Shown piece by piece: positions 52,435-61,759 of a stretch of 64,000 bases of DNA (within the stretch, counting starts at the first letter, position 1; every line of letters begins with the position of its first letter). Source of the DNA: Aulosira sp. ZfuVER01 (GTDB taxonomy: Bacteria > Cyanobacteriota > Cyanobacteriia > Cyanobacteriales > Nostocaceae); NCBI GenBank assembly GCA_034530615.2, contig JAVRCV020000007.1, positions 106,766-170,765 on the forward strand, read 5' to 3'. The position numbers and the translations under genes are program-made. A model generated the notes under the pieces. It was given only the letters and a program-made list of their open reading frames with translations, did not search any database and was not told the DNA's origin.

Positions 52435-53529
52435 GTGATGATTGAGCAAGTTGCCACTGCCTTTGAGCGTAAAGACTATAACACAGCCGCTAAGTTACTT
52501 AAACATCTGTTAAAAGAATCCCCAGAAAATCCTTGGGTGCAATTTTATGTGGGACGGCTGCATGAAGTATCAAAAAAGTTTCCAGATGCGGAAAAAATTT
52601 ACCGACAACTGCTGCGAAGTACAACCAACACCAAAATCTTGACGCAAGCACGTCAAGGTTTACAGCGAATTAAAGACATTGAGCAAGAAGCAAGACAAAG
52701 AGCGATCGCTCAAGCAACAACTGAACCTAGTAATACAGAATTAGGCGTACTCGTCTTAGAACCTCTAAGTAATGAACTCAAAGCCCAAGCAGCCCCCAAA
52801 TTTGCCCAGATTTTCCAAATTGACGCTTATACAGCAAGGTTAACTTTACCCAGTCGTGGCTGGAAGTTATATCGCACTGGACAAATAGGAGAACTCAAAT
52901 TTTACGGCACACAATTAAGACAAGCTGAGATTCCTTGTTTTTGGGCAACAATCGCGGAAATTCAGCAAATTCAAGTTTTTCAAGTTAATTACTTTGTAGA
53001 ATCTGCCGCTACTACTACTGTTGTTTGCAGTAACCATGCAAATCAAGTCGGTTCTTTAACCTTTAACTGGTCAGAAGTCAAAGCACGGGTAGCTGGTCTT
53101 TTGCCTATTTTCGAGCAAGTTGTAGATGTTGATGTGAACCGCAAATTAGAACGTAAAACTCAAACTCAAGACTATGCACAATTTTGTGATTTACACCTAC
53201 CTGGTAGGCGTTGCATTTTGCGACTTTCTGACAAAGGCTATGAATTCCAGCAAGGGTTAGAAATCACTCCTCAAACTAGCCAAAATACCATCAGAATCAA
53301 TTGGAATCTTTTATTAGAATGGCTTGAGCAGCAATTACCTCATGTCAAAGTCTGGTCTGATTTCACACCCTTTGCAGAGACAATATTAGATCAAACAGAA
53401 ATGCTGGGTAACATCCAATCTCACATTCACCTCTTTCGTAGAGATAAGACTAATTGGGACCCAGCATTTCATTTATATAGTGGACTTGTATTTTCCAACC
53501 TCATCCAGCACATAGATGGGGATAATTAG
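52435..53529 (+). CDS. Tetratricopeptide-repeat protein
   Basis: N-terminal TPR (PENPWVQFYVGRLHE...AEKIYRQLL). Confidence 0.75.
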   Translation: MMIEQVATAFERKDYNTAAKLLKHLLKESPENPWVQFYVGRLHEVSKKFPDAEKIYRQLLRSTTNTKILTQARQGLQRIKDIEQEARQRAIAQATTEPSNTELGVLVLEPLSNELKAQAAPKFAQIFQIDAYTARLTLPSRGWKLYRTGQIGELKFYGTQLRQAEIPCFWATIAEIQQIQVFQVNYFVESAATTTVVCSNHANQVGSLTFNWSEVKARVAGLLPIFEQVVDVDVNRKLERKTQTQDYAQFCDLHLPGRRCILRLSDKGYEFQQGLEITPQTSQNTIRINWNLLLEWLEQQLPHVKVWSDFTPFAETILDQTEMLGNIQSHIHLFRRDKTNWDPAFHLYSGLVFSNLIQHIDGDN

Positions 53530-53548
53530 CAACAGCCAATACCTAAAT

Positions 53549-54091
53549 TTAGCCAGGAGTTTTTACCTGACGTGCGAGATCCAAATAAGCACTCATATTA
53601 GCTCCTGGACGGCGGCGACCGTTAGTAGTGCCAAATCCAGCCGCAACGTATTTGGGTGCAAAAGTGGTTTCTTTTGGTGCCTCTTTAACTACTTTGGCTG
53701 CTGCGGCTTTTTCATTTTTGCCAGGTTCAACCTTTAGACCTTCAGCCGTTTGGACTAGCTGCACATCAGCTGGTTTTGCTTCTTTAGTTGATTTTTTCTT
53801 AGACTTGGATGCAGCAGCTTTTGTACCGTTCAATGATTCTGGCTTGGATGGCGCAGGGGCCGCTGATGTAACTGTATCTGCTACTTTCTTAGCACTCTCT
53901 GTAACAGTTGTTGCTGCTTTCTTAGCACTCTCTGCTACTTCTTTCGCTGCCTCTTTAACAGCTGCTACTGGCTTTGCTTCCTTGGATTCATCTAGTTCCA
54001 AGTAATAACCATTGCTTTTCTTATTTTTTCCTGGTAACAGTCCAGTCAGAAAACTGACAATCCCTGAAATTAACTTTTTGATAAAATCCAT
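53549..54091 (-). CDS. Ala/Lys-rich hypothetical protein
   Basis: Amphipathic N-terminus, AKK-rich repeats, C-terminal RRRPGANM. Confidence 0.7.
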   Translation of the reverse strand: MDFIKKLISGIVSFLTGLLPGKNKKSNGYYLELDESKEAKPVAAVKEAAKEVAESAKKAATTVTESAKKVADTVTSAAPAPSKPESLNGTKAAASKSKKKSTKEAKPADVQLVQTAEGLKVEPGKNEKAAAAKVVKEAPKETTFAPKYVAAGFGTTNGRRRPGANMSAYLDLARQVKTPG

Positions 54092-54515
54092 TACAATCTC
54101 TCCTGCCTTTTATACCTGAAATTTTGACCGTAATTGTTAAAAATTACGACATTATGTTACATTTTCTTACTTTGTGTTATCCAAATTTAGGATGACAACC
54201 ACTATTAGGTTTGTACTTAATTAACATTGTAGTAATAATACAGCGCAAGTGTTTTCCAATGATTTTTGCCAGCACTTACAACCTGCATACAATACATACA
54301 CCGAGAACTAATTATTAAATTTTACTGTGACTGAGGGCAAGATTCTGAAAGGTTGCGTAATAAAAATTAACAATTATTTATCTGCTAAATAGCCATTGTT
54401 AGCAAAGTTACGCTGGTTGACTTTTAACCAGTAAAACCAGTGTCATAGGTTATTTGTCAGTAACAATGGGACTCAGTTAAATTTTGTACAGAAGCGATTC
54501 AGCAGAGATCTAGAG

Positions 54516-55184
54516 ATGAACAGTAAAAATCAGCAGCGCAATCCCGTGTTGTTAGTACATGGCATTGATGACACAGGGGCAGTTTTCTATAGAATGGGCA
54601 AATATTTAAAACAACTTGGTTGGTCTGTTTATGCGTTAGATTTAGTACCAAATAATGGTGCTGTAGGTCTAGATAAGTTGGCAAAGCAGGTAGCCGACTA
54701 TGTAGCCACAGAATTTCCACCAGAGCAACCACTGGATCTAGTTGCTTTCAGCATGGGAGGAATTGTTAGTCGTTACTATATCCAACGCCTTGAAGGAATT
54801 AAGCGTGTACAGCGGTTTATTACGATTTCTTCACCCCACAATGGCACTGTAATTGCTTATGGTTCTCAACGACCTGGTTGCGTGCAAATGCGCACTAAAA
54901 GTGCTTTTATCAAGGATTTGAATTCTGATGTGGCAATGTTGCAGGAGCTAAATTTTACATCAATCTGGACTCCTTACGATCTGATGATAGTCCCAGCCAA
55001 AAGTTCACAAATGCCAGTGGGAAAAGAGGTGATATTGCCTGTAGCATTACACCCGTGGATGCTCTCAGACTCTAGGTGTTTGGCAGTAGTAGCAGAAACA
55101 TTAACAGAGCCGATTAAACCCGATCGCCAATTTGAGAATATTCAGAACTTCCAAAAATTGCCTCTGGGTGACGGTAATATTTGA
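54516..55184 (+). CDS. Lipase/esterase, alpha/beta hydrolase
   Basis: PVLLVHG, AFSMGG nucleophile elbow, SPHNGT, HPWM. Confidence 0.88.
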   Translation: MNSKNQQRNPVLLVHGIDDTGAVFYRMGKYLKQLGWSVYALDLVPNNGAVGLDKLAKQVADYVATEFPPEQPLDLVAFSMGGIVSRYYIQRLEGIKRVQRFITISSPHNGTVIAYGSQRPGCVQMRTKSAFIKDLNSDVAMLQELNFTSIWTPYDLMIVPAKSSQMPVGKEVILPVALHPWMLSDSRCLAVVAETLTEPIKPDRQFENIQNFQKLPLGDGNI

Positions 55185-55545
55185 ACTCCATTAAGTTATG
55201 AAAAGGATCTTCTAAAAAGAAAGTGTGATGCTCTAAAGGCAAACCAACAAAGCGGCTTTTGGGTTCTTCGCGAAAAAGTAGTTGGTGCTGTTGTGCCTTT
55301 TCTAATAAATCTTGCCAGTCTTTTTCCGTAGTAAAAACTAGTCCAAAGTGTCTAGGATAGATACCGCGTTGTGGTGTTAAGGGTTCTTTGGTGACGTGAG
55401 CTACCAACTGATGACCATATAAATTGAGAATCAAGGCGTGGGGGTTTTCACGGCCAGGAATGCAGCCTAAGCCATTGACATAATAGGCTTTTGTCTCGGG
55501 AATGTTGGTTACAGGGAAGGCAAGATGAAATAATGTTTGGTTCAT
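55114..55545 (-). CDS. VOC/glyoxalase-family protein
   Basis: FHLAFPV, GHQLVAH, PRHFG, FLEDPFHNLMEFK. Confidence 0.9.
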   Translation of the reverse strand: MNQTLFHLAFPVTNIPETKAYYVNGLGCIPGRENPHALILNLYGHQLVAHVTKEPLTPQRGIYPRHFGLVFTTEKDWQDLLEKAQQHQLLFREEPKSRFVGLPLEHHTFFLEDPFHNLMEFKYYRHPEAIFGSSEYSQIGDRV

Positions 55546-55652
55546 AGCTTTTGCCGAGAACACTAGTAGTTGTTAGTACTATATATAATTTATTCTCAAT
55601 ACTTCGCTATACGATTTTTAAACAAAAGTCAAGAGTATCATCACAAATGAAT

Positions 55653-55703
55653 TTCGTAGTCAGGACATTAGTGCTGGATTTTAAAGCACTGAGGTGCTAC
55701 GAA
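55653..55703. repeat. Dispersed palindromic repeat
   Basis: TTCGTAGTCAGGAC...AGTGCT...AGCACT...CTACGAA; same family as 15198-15229. Confidence 0.55.
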
Positions 55704-55859
55704 TTCTTCAACATTAATGAAACAGAATAATAGCTTTATCCGGAAATAGGAGAAAAAATCTGTAATTCATGAATTATGGGGTCGAGAGAATTAAGCATCT
55801 AAGTGATAAATTCGCTATTGTGTTGATATTCGAGACAAACTAATTGTGATGTATTGCTG

Positions 55860-56657
55860 ATGCTCTCTTTCTTTGATTCTGCAAATCCTTGGTTGGTGGG
55901 AGTCGGATTAAACGCAATTTTGTTGAGTTTAGTTTGGATTGCCCCCAAAAAGCTGCTTACGCCAGCTGGATTATTCCACGCCTGGATCTTGGGCGTAATT
56001 ATTTGGGGAACATTGGGTTGGCAAGGGTATCTAGTAGTAGCTTTCTATTTTTTAGTGGGTTCTGGGGTGACGCGCATAGGAATAGCCCAAAAGGAAGCTG
56101 AAGGCATTGCTGAAAAGCGTTCTGGGGCTAGAGGCCCGGAAAATGTTTGGGGTTCGGCGTTGATTGCGGCGCTGTGTGCTTTAGGAATTGGGATGTTAAA
56201 TTCAGGATTCTTTGCTTCCATTCCCCAATCTCTAGCTCTCAGTCTCCAATCTCTACTTTTATTGGGCTATGTGGCGAGTTTTAGTACCAAACTTTCCGAT
56301 ACTTGTGCGAGTGAGGTGGGTAAAGCATACGGTAAACGAACCTTTTTGATTACCACAATGCAACCAGTACCTCGCGGGACAGAAGGCGCAGTCAGTTTAG
56401 AGGGAACCTTAGCTGGTGTGGTGGCTTCAGTTGCGATCGCTCTTTTGGGTTGGGGAGTCGGTTTAATTGACTTTTTGGGGGTAGTTTGGTGTGCGATCGC
56501 AGCTTTGATTGCTACCAGTTTAGAAAGTGTGATTGGTGCAACACTGCAATCTAAATATACCTGGTTAACTAATGAAGTAGTAAATATTGTCAATACATTC
56601 ATCGGTGCGATCGCTGCTATGTTAATTGCCTTTACATGGGCAAGTCTGATTGCTTAA
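55860..56657 (+). CDS. DUF92/TIGR00297 membrane protein (VTE6-like)
   Basis: RGPENVWGS, KLSDTCASEVGK, GTEGAVSLEGT, ESVIGATLQ, NEVVN. Confidence 0.88.
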   Translation: MLSFFDSANPWLVGVGLNAILLSLVWIAPKKLLTPAGLFHAWILGVIIWGTLGWQGYLVVAFYFLVGSGVTRIGIAQKEAEGIAEKRSGARGPENVWGSALIAALCALGIGMLNSGFFASIPQSLALSLQSLLLLGYVASFSTKLSDTCASEVGKAYGKRTFLITTMQPVPRGTEGAVSLEGTLAGVVASVAIALLGWGVGLIDFLGVVWCAIAALIATSLESVIGATLQSKYTWLTNEVVNIVNTFIGAIAAMLIAFTWASLIA

Positions 56658-56889
56658 TTTGGTCAAGTGTCAAAAGTCCAGTAAAGTTTTGAATTTTGAA
56701 TTTTGAATTGGTATGAGTTTGGCAATTCCTTTCTCACTAGATACTATTAGTAGTAGCGAAAAATAATTTTCTAAATTATTTTACTATATGATTTTTTGGT
56801 ATTAAATTTAACTAATAATATTAGCTGTCTATATATTATTACAGATATGTTCGTATAAAGCATTAAACACTTTTCTAAGTAATAAGTTT

Positions 56890-57648
56890 ATGGAATCTTT
56901 ATCATTTTTAACTGTTGATAACCAACCAATTTCTATTGAACAGGCAGTAAAATATCTGCAAGCCTCTGGGAAGTTAACGCAGTTTATTGGCGATATTATC
57001 CGTCAGTACATAATTGAGCAAGAAATCAATATGCGAGACGATATTGATATCAGTTCAGCTTTAACCGAACAGACAATTATTGATTTTCGTCTCAAAAATC
57101 AACTAACTGAACCCCCAATTTTTCAAGAATGGTTAAAGAAAAATGGCACAGATTACGCTACATTTCACGCATCAATTGCCTTTGGCTTTAAATTAGAAAA
57201 ACTGAAAGCTTTAGTCACAGAACCAAAACTCCCCGAATATTTCATTGAACGCAAAATTTATCTAGACAGGGTGGTACTTTCGAGGATTTTTGTAGATAAT
57301 CGCGAACTCAGTGAAGAACTACAAACTCAAATCGAAGAAGGAGGTAGTTTTGAACAGCTAGCTAAAGAGTATTCACTAGCGGACGATCGCATTGTCAATG
57401 GGATGATGGGGCCAATTAGCCGGGGGACATTACCAGATATATTGAGGGCTGCTATTGATGCAGCAATTCCCGGACAATTGATCGGGCCCATAGAACTCGA
57501 CGGACGTTATGGTTTGTTTCGATTAGAACAATTTCTGCCAGCCTCTTTAGAAGATACTCAACTAAAGCAAGCACTACAAAATGAGTTGTTTGAGAAATGG
57601 CTAGCAGAGAAAATTCAAAAGCTGACAGTCAAATTACAAGTGAAATAA
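56890..57648 (+). CDS. Parvulin-type peptidyl-prolyl isomerase
   Basis: SFEQLAKEYS...GMMG...IGPI; upstream of a T1SS ABC transporter. Confidence 0.85.
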   Translation: MESLSFLTVDNQPISIEQAVKYLQASGKLTQFIGDIIRQYIIEQEINMRDDIDISSALTEQTIIDFRLKNQLTEPPIFQEWLKKNGTDYATFHASIAFGFKLEKLKALVTEPKLPEYFIERKIYLDRVVLSRIFVDNRELSEELQTQIEEGGSFEQLAKEYSLADDRIVNGMMGPISRGTLPDILRAAIDAAIPGQLIGPIELDGRYGLFRLEQFLPASLEDTQLKQALQNELFEKWLAEKIQKLTVKLQVK

Positions 57649-60296
57649 AACTTCTGGATAATCAATCTCTAAGAATAAACGTGCTAGCTTCTGTACCGTG
57701 GAATCAACCGCCGCTATGCTGGCTTACTCCCGAACAACAATCCCGATTACAAAATCAGTCAGAAATTCGTCGCTATCGTCTTGGGGAGAAAATCTGGTCA
57801 ACCAAAACTGGAGGGAACCAGTTTTTTATTGTTACTGGTAAAGTTCGCTTGCGAGAAGAAGATGTTGGCAAGCCGCTAGCAGCTTTACAACCAGGAGACT
57901 GGTTTGGCGACTTACAAAGGTTATCTGTAGAGTGCAAAGCTGTAGCTGCTAGTAAAGAAGTCATAGTAGTGTGCTGGGAAACAGAACTGTGGGCAGAAGT
58001 TTTAACGCCAGAAATGGAACGCTTCTGGTTAGGTTCGCAAGATGAGGAAGTGGAAGAAGCAGGGGAGCAGGGAGCAGAAGAGGTAGAGGAGCAGGGAGCA
58101 GGGAGCAAGGGAGCATTATCTTCCTTGTCCCCCTCGCCCTCTATTCCCCAGCCTCCTGCGCCAACAATCTCTAGTTATCCTTTCGTTGCTAGCTGGAATA
58201 CAGCCGCCGCTTGTTTAACAATGGTGGCGCAACATTTGGATAATGCTGTGAAACTGGAATGGGTGCAACGTCAACTCAGAGGACAACGCCCAAAAAATGT
58301 TGTTGAAGCCGCAGAAAAGTTAGGGTTGGTGTTGCAACGATTGCAAATCGGTTGGAGCGATTTACGCCAATTATCATTTCCAGCTTTAATCCAGTGGAAT
58401 ACTGATTCTCAATCAGCTCCTACTTGGGTTGTGGCTTATGGAGTGAAAGGCGATCGCTTAATTATCGCTAATCCCTTAAATGGCGATCGCACTTGCGAAA
58501 GTCTCCCCCAATCAGTGGTTGAAGCTGCTTGGGATGGGCAAATGTGGCAAGTAGAACTGATCTCCAAGCAGGAAAAATTTAACCTCAGTTGGTTTACTCC
58601 CGCAGTTTGGAAATATCGGGGATTACTCGGCGAAGTATTGCTTGCTTCTTTGACGTTGCAGTTGTTGGGATTAACCACACCGTTAATTACCCAAGTTGTG
58701 ATAGATAAAGTCATGGTACAGGAGAGTTTACCGACTCTCGATGTCATGGCGATCGCACTTTTACTCGTAGCCATATTTGAAGCTGTACTCGGAATTCTGC
58801 GTCTATTTATCTTCACCCATACAGCACGGCGTTTAGATTTAAGTTTATCGGCACAGCTATTTCGCCACTTAATGCGTTTGCCTTTAGCTTATTTTGAGTC
58901 GCGGCGCGTCGGGGACACAATAGCCAGAGTTCAAGAACTCGAACAAATCCGCCAGTTTCTTACAGGTACAGCCTTAACGGTGATTTTGGATAGCATCTTT
59001 GCTGTGGTGTATTTAGCATTGATGTTTTATTACAATATTCCTCTCACCTTTGTAGCTTTGGCAGTACTCCCATTATTTGCGACGTTGACAATAGTTTCTA
59101 CACCAATTCTGCGGGGTTGGCTCAACGAAACCTTTAACCGTAGTGCTGATAGTCAATCATTTTTGGTAGAGACAGTTACCGGAATCCACTCAGTTAAAGC
59201 TCATGCAGCCGAACCAGTAGCACGCGATCGCTGGGAAGGCTTATTTGCTCGCTTCATTCGCACCAGTTTTAAAGCTTCTACCACCTCCAACATCAGCAGT
59301 AATCTCGGTGACTTTCTCACCAATTTGTCCACCTTGCTAATTCTCTGGTTTGGAGCCAAATTAGTCATCGATCAAAAACTCACCATTGGTCAACTTGTGG
59401 CTTTTCAAATGTTATCGGGAAGAGTCACCGGGCCATTGTTACGTTTAGTTCAGTTGTGGCAAAATCTGCAACAAGTTCTCCTTTCCGTAGACCGAATTGG
59501 CGATATTCTCAACGTTGCTCCCGAAGCAGAAGCAGGAACAGGTTTAGTTTTACCAGCATTGAACGGACAAATCACTTTTGAGCAAGTATTTTTCCGGTAT
59601 CAAGCAAGTACCGAACCAGTTTTACGGGGTATTTCTTTCAACGTTGAACCAGGACAATTTGTCGGGATTGTCGGACGCAGTGGTTCTGGTAAAAGTACCC
59701 TTTCTAAATTGTTGCAACGCCTTTATCAAATTGAATCAGGACGCATTTTAATAGATGGTTTTGATATTAAAAGTGCTGATTTAGCTTCACTAAGACAACA
59801 AATTGGTGTCGTTCTCCAAGAAGACTTTTTATTCAACGGTTCAATATTAGAAAATATCACTCTGGGAAGTCCTGATATTACCGCAGAACAAGTAGTAGAA
59901 GCTGCAAGACTAGCTGTAGCCCACGACTTCATCAGTCAATTACCCTACGGTTACGAAACCAATGTGGGAGAACGAGGTACAGCTTTATCTGGCGGACAGA
60001 GACAACGGATAGCCTTAGCGCGGTTGTTCCTCTCCTCAGCACCGATTTTAATTTTGGATGAAGCCACCAGTGCTTTAGATAGTGAAACCGAACAGCAAGT
60101 ACTGCAAAATCTGCAAAAAATTTCCGCCAACCGCACCGTATTTCTCATTGCACACCGTTTTGCTCCCCTCAAACGTGCAGATTTAATTTTGGTGATGGAG
60201 CAAGGCGTTATTGCGGAACGCGGTACACATCCACAATTGTTACAACAAAAGGGATTGTACTGGTCACTTTATCAAAGACAACAGGCGAATATTTAG
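57597..60296 (+). CDS. Type I secretion ABC transporter (cNMP + C39-like + TMD + ATPase; HlyB family)
   Basis: GRSGSGKST, LSGGQRQR, LDEATSALD, IAHR; C39-like NTAAACL. Confidence 0.93.
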   Translation: MASRENSKADSQITSEIKLLDNQSLRINVLASVPWNQPPLCWLTPEQQSRLQNQSEIRRYRLGEKIWSTKTGGNQFFIVTGKVRLREEDVGKPLAALQPGDWFGDLQRLSVECKAVAASKEVIVVCWETELWAEVLTPEMERFWLGSQDEEVEEAGEQGAEEVEEQGAGSKGALSSLSPSPSIPQPPAPTISSYPFVASWNTAAACLTMVAQHLDNAVKLEWVQRQLRGQRPKNVVEAAEKLGLVLQRLQIGWSDLRQLSFPALIQWNTDSQSAPTWVVAYGVKGDRLIIANPLNGDRTCESLPQSVVEAAWDGQMWQVELISKQEKFNLSWFTPAVWKYRGLLGEVLLASLTLQLLGLTTPLITQVVIDKVMVQESLPTLDVMAIALLLVAIFEAVLGILRLFIFTHTARRLDLSLSAQLFRHLMRLPLAYFESRRVGDTIARVQELEQIRQFLTGTALTVILDSIFAVVYLALMFYYNIPLTFVALAVLPLFATLTIVSTPILRGWLNETFNRSADSQSFLVETVTGIHSVKAHAAEPVARDRWEGLFARFIRTSFKASTTSNISSNLGDFLTNLSTLLILWFGAKLVIDQKLTIGQLVAFQMLSGRVTGPLLRLVQLWQNLQQVLLSVDRIGDILNVAPEAEAGTGLVLPALNGQITFEQVFFRYQASTEPVLRGISFNVEPGQFVGIVGRSGSGKSTLSKLLQRLYQIESGRILIDGFDIKSADLASLRQQIGVVLQEDFLFNGSILENITLGSPDITAEQVVEAARLAVAHDFISQLPYGYETNVGERGTALSGGQRQRIALARLFLSSAPILILDEATSALDSETEQQVLQNLQKISANRTVFLIAHRFAPLKRADLILVMEQGVIAERGTHPQLLQQKGLYWSLYQRQQANI

Positions 60297-60379
60297 CACT
60301 TCAGAACTATATCGGTGGCAGGGGCAAGGCATTGCCCATTGGTGCCAACTTAACGCGAAAAGCTTTGTTGCTCAAGATA

Positions 60380-60461
60380 TTCGATCCCCCTAAATCCCCC
60401 TTATTAAGGGGGAATTTGATTCTTTTCCCCCCTTTTTTAAGGGGGGTTAGGGGGGATCGAA
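60380..60461. repeat. Nested palindromic dispersed repeat (MITE/REPIN-like)
   Basis: TTCGATCCCCCTAA...TTAGGGGGGATCGAA enclosing two CCCCCTT/AAGGGGG hairpins; truncated copy at 63888-63946. Confidence 0.8.
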
Positions 60462-60510
60462 AGTTTACGGTGCAAAGAAAGAGAACCCCAAAGACTTACG
60501 CTGTATCTGC

Positions 60511-61359
60511 TTAAGCTGGGGAGATATTTGTGAGGTAACTTACTAAATCAGCTTGGCTAGTGAAATCTAACAACGCCTCGGCTAACTCTTCTAGTTGAGC
60601 GATCGATAAAGCGCGAATCTGCTCTTCCGTCTGGGGTTCAATTGCACCTAAACGACGAGTCAAAAGACGCAGCACCAGTTGTAGCGCTTCTTGTTTCTTT
60701 CCTCGTTCTTCTCCCTGTTGTAATCCCTTCTGCAAAATATCCTGGTAAATCACAGATTCTTGCATAATATCCTCTCGAAAAAGCTGTGTAATCAAATTCT
60801 TTTCAAACCGCAAACCAGCTAGAACTTGGACGCAAGCTGATATATTCTGTCGCTCATCTGTTTCTTCAATCATATCCACAGCCGCAGCGACTTGCTGTAA
60901 CAAATCTGGGGGTGAGTTGCTTTGCGCTAATGTCGCTAGAGGTAATAGTGCGGGGTTAGCTAGTAAAGGTGTGGGATCTTCTTCCCATAGGCGAATGACG
61001 CGGTATTTATGTATGGTGTTGGTATCTACATATTGAGTTTGATAAGCAATTTCTGAAGATGTAAATTGCAGGAAAATTAGCACCTGCTGAATCTCGCACC
61101 AGTATTGGCGTTTTAATCTGGTGTAGTAATCCAGCATCCGAAAGTCAAGAGGTGGTGTGGATTTGGGAGAAGTCTGAAACTCTAAATGCAGTATTTGATT
61201 AGCGATTTGCAGAAAGGTAACAGAATCAGCGCGAATCGGTTCCAAAGTTAGTTCGGTTTTAAGTACTTGGATATCTGAAGTATCAGAAGCAAGTAGCCAT
61301 CTGGCAAAATCGGCTGGATAGGTTTCTGCGAGATATTTGCAGGTGTTATCGTAACTCAA
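60511..61359 (-). CDS. Rpn-family PD-(D/E)xK nuclease-like protein with C-terminal DUF4351
   Basis: YDNTCKYLAE, PIRADS, LHLEFQT, RMLDY; LEELAEALLDF; paralog of 6244-7050. Confidence 0.85.
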   Translation of the reverse strand: MSYDNTCKYLAETYPADFARWLLASDTSDIQVLKTELTLEPIRADSVTFLQIANQILHLEFQTSPKSTPPLDFRMLDYYTRLKRQYWCEIQQVLIFLQFTSSEIAYQTQYVDTNTIHKYRVIRLWEEDPTPLLANPALLPLATLAQSNSPPDLLQQVAAAVDMIEETDERQNISACVQVLAGLRFEKNLITQLFREDIMQESVIYQDILQKGLQQGEERGKKQEALQLVLRLLTRRLGAIEPQTEEQIRALSIAQLEELAEALLDFTSQADLVSYLTNISPA

Positions 61360-61453
61360 GGGCTGATGCGTACTCGGTAACTATAATTTTGCAATAAAGC
61401 GATCGCGTTGTGGAATTGTTCAGGCGATCGCTTAAGTATATTTACTGGTTAAT

Positions 61454-61645
61454 GAGGAAAATAACCTCATTCACGAGCTTCTGAGCCTCATTCACGAGGA
61501 AAATAACCTCATTCACGAGCTTCTGAGCCTCATTCACGAGGAAAATAACCTCATTCACGAGCTTCTGAGCCTCGTTCACGAGGAAAATAACCTCATTAAT
61601 GAACTTCCGAACCTCATTAATGAGGAAAATAACCTCATTCACGAG
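61454..61645. repeat. Nine tandem 21-bp units in alternating A/B order
   Basis: A=GAGGAAAATAACCTCATTCAC, B=GAGCTTCTGAGCCTCATTCAC. Confidence 0.95.
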
Positions 61646-61759
61646 AAGTAGAGGCTTGTTGCCAATGCCCAATGCCCAATACCCTAAAAATATCTCACCA
61701 TTGCTGAATATACAGGCTTAAGCGTGTAGTAAAATTTGCTCATCTTCGCGCAATGGAAC

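Noticed and set aside
53628..54005. Antisense ORFs here and inside groEL, ureC, hisA, sir, rsmE and the ABC gene
   Set aside because: Shadow frames of real genes with no recognisable motifs.
61454..61645. Possible CRISPR array
   Set aside because: The variable parts are only 8 nt and recur (A/B), so there are no unique spacers; no cas genes in the window.
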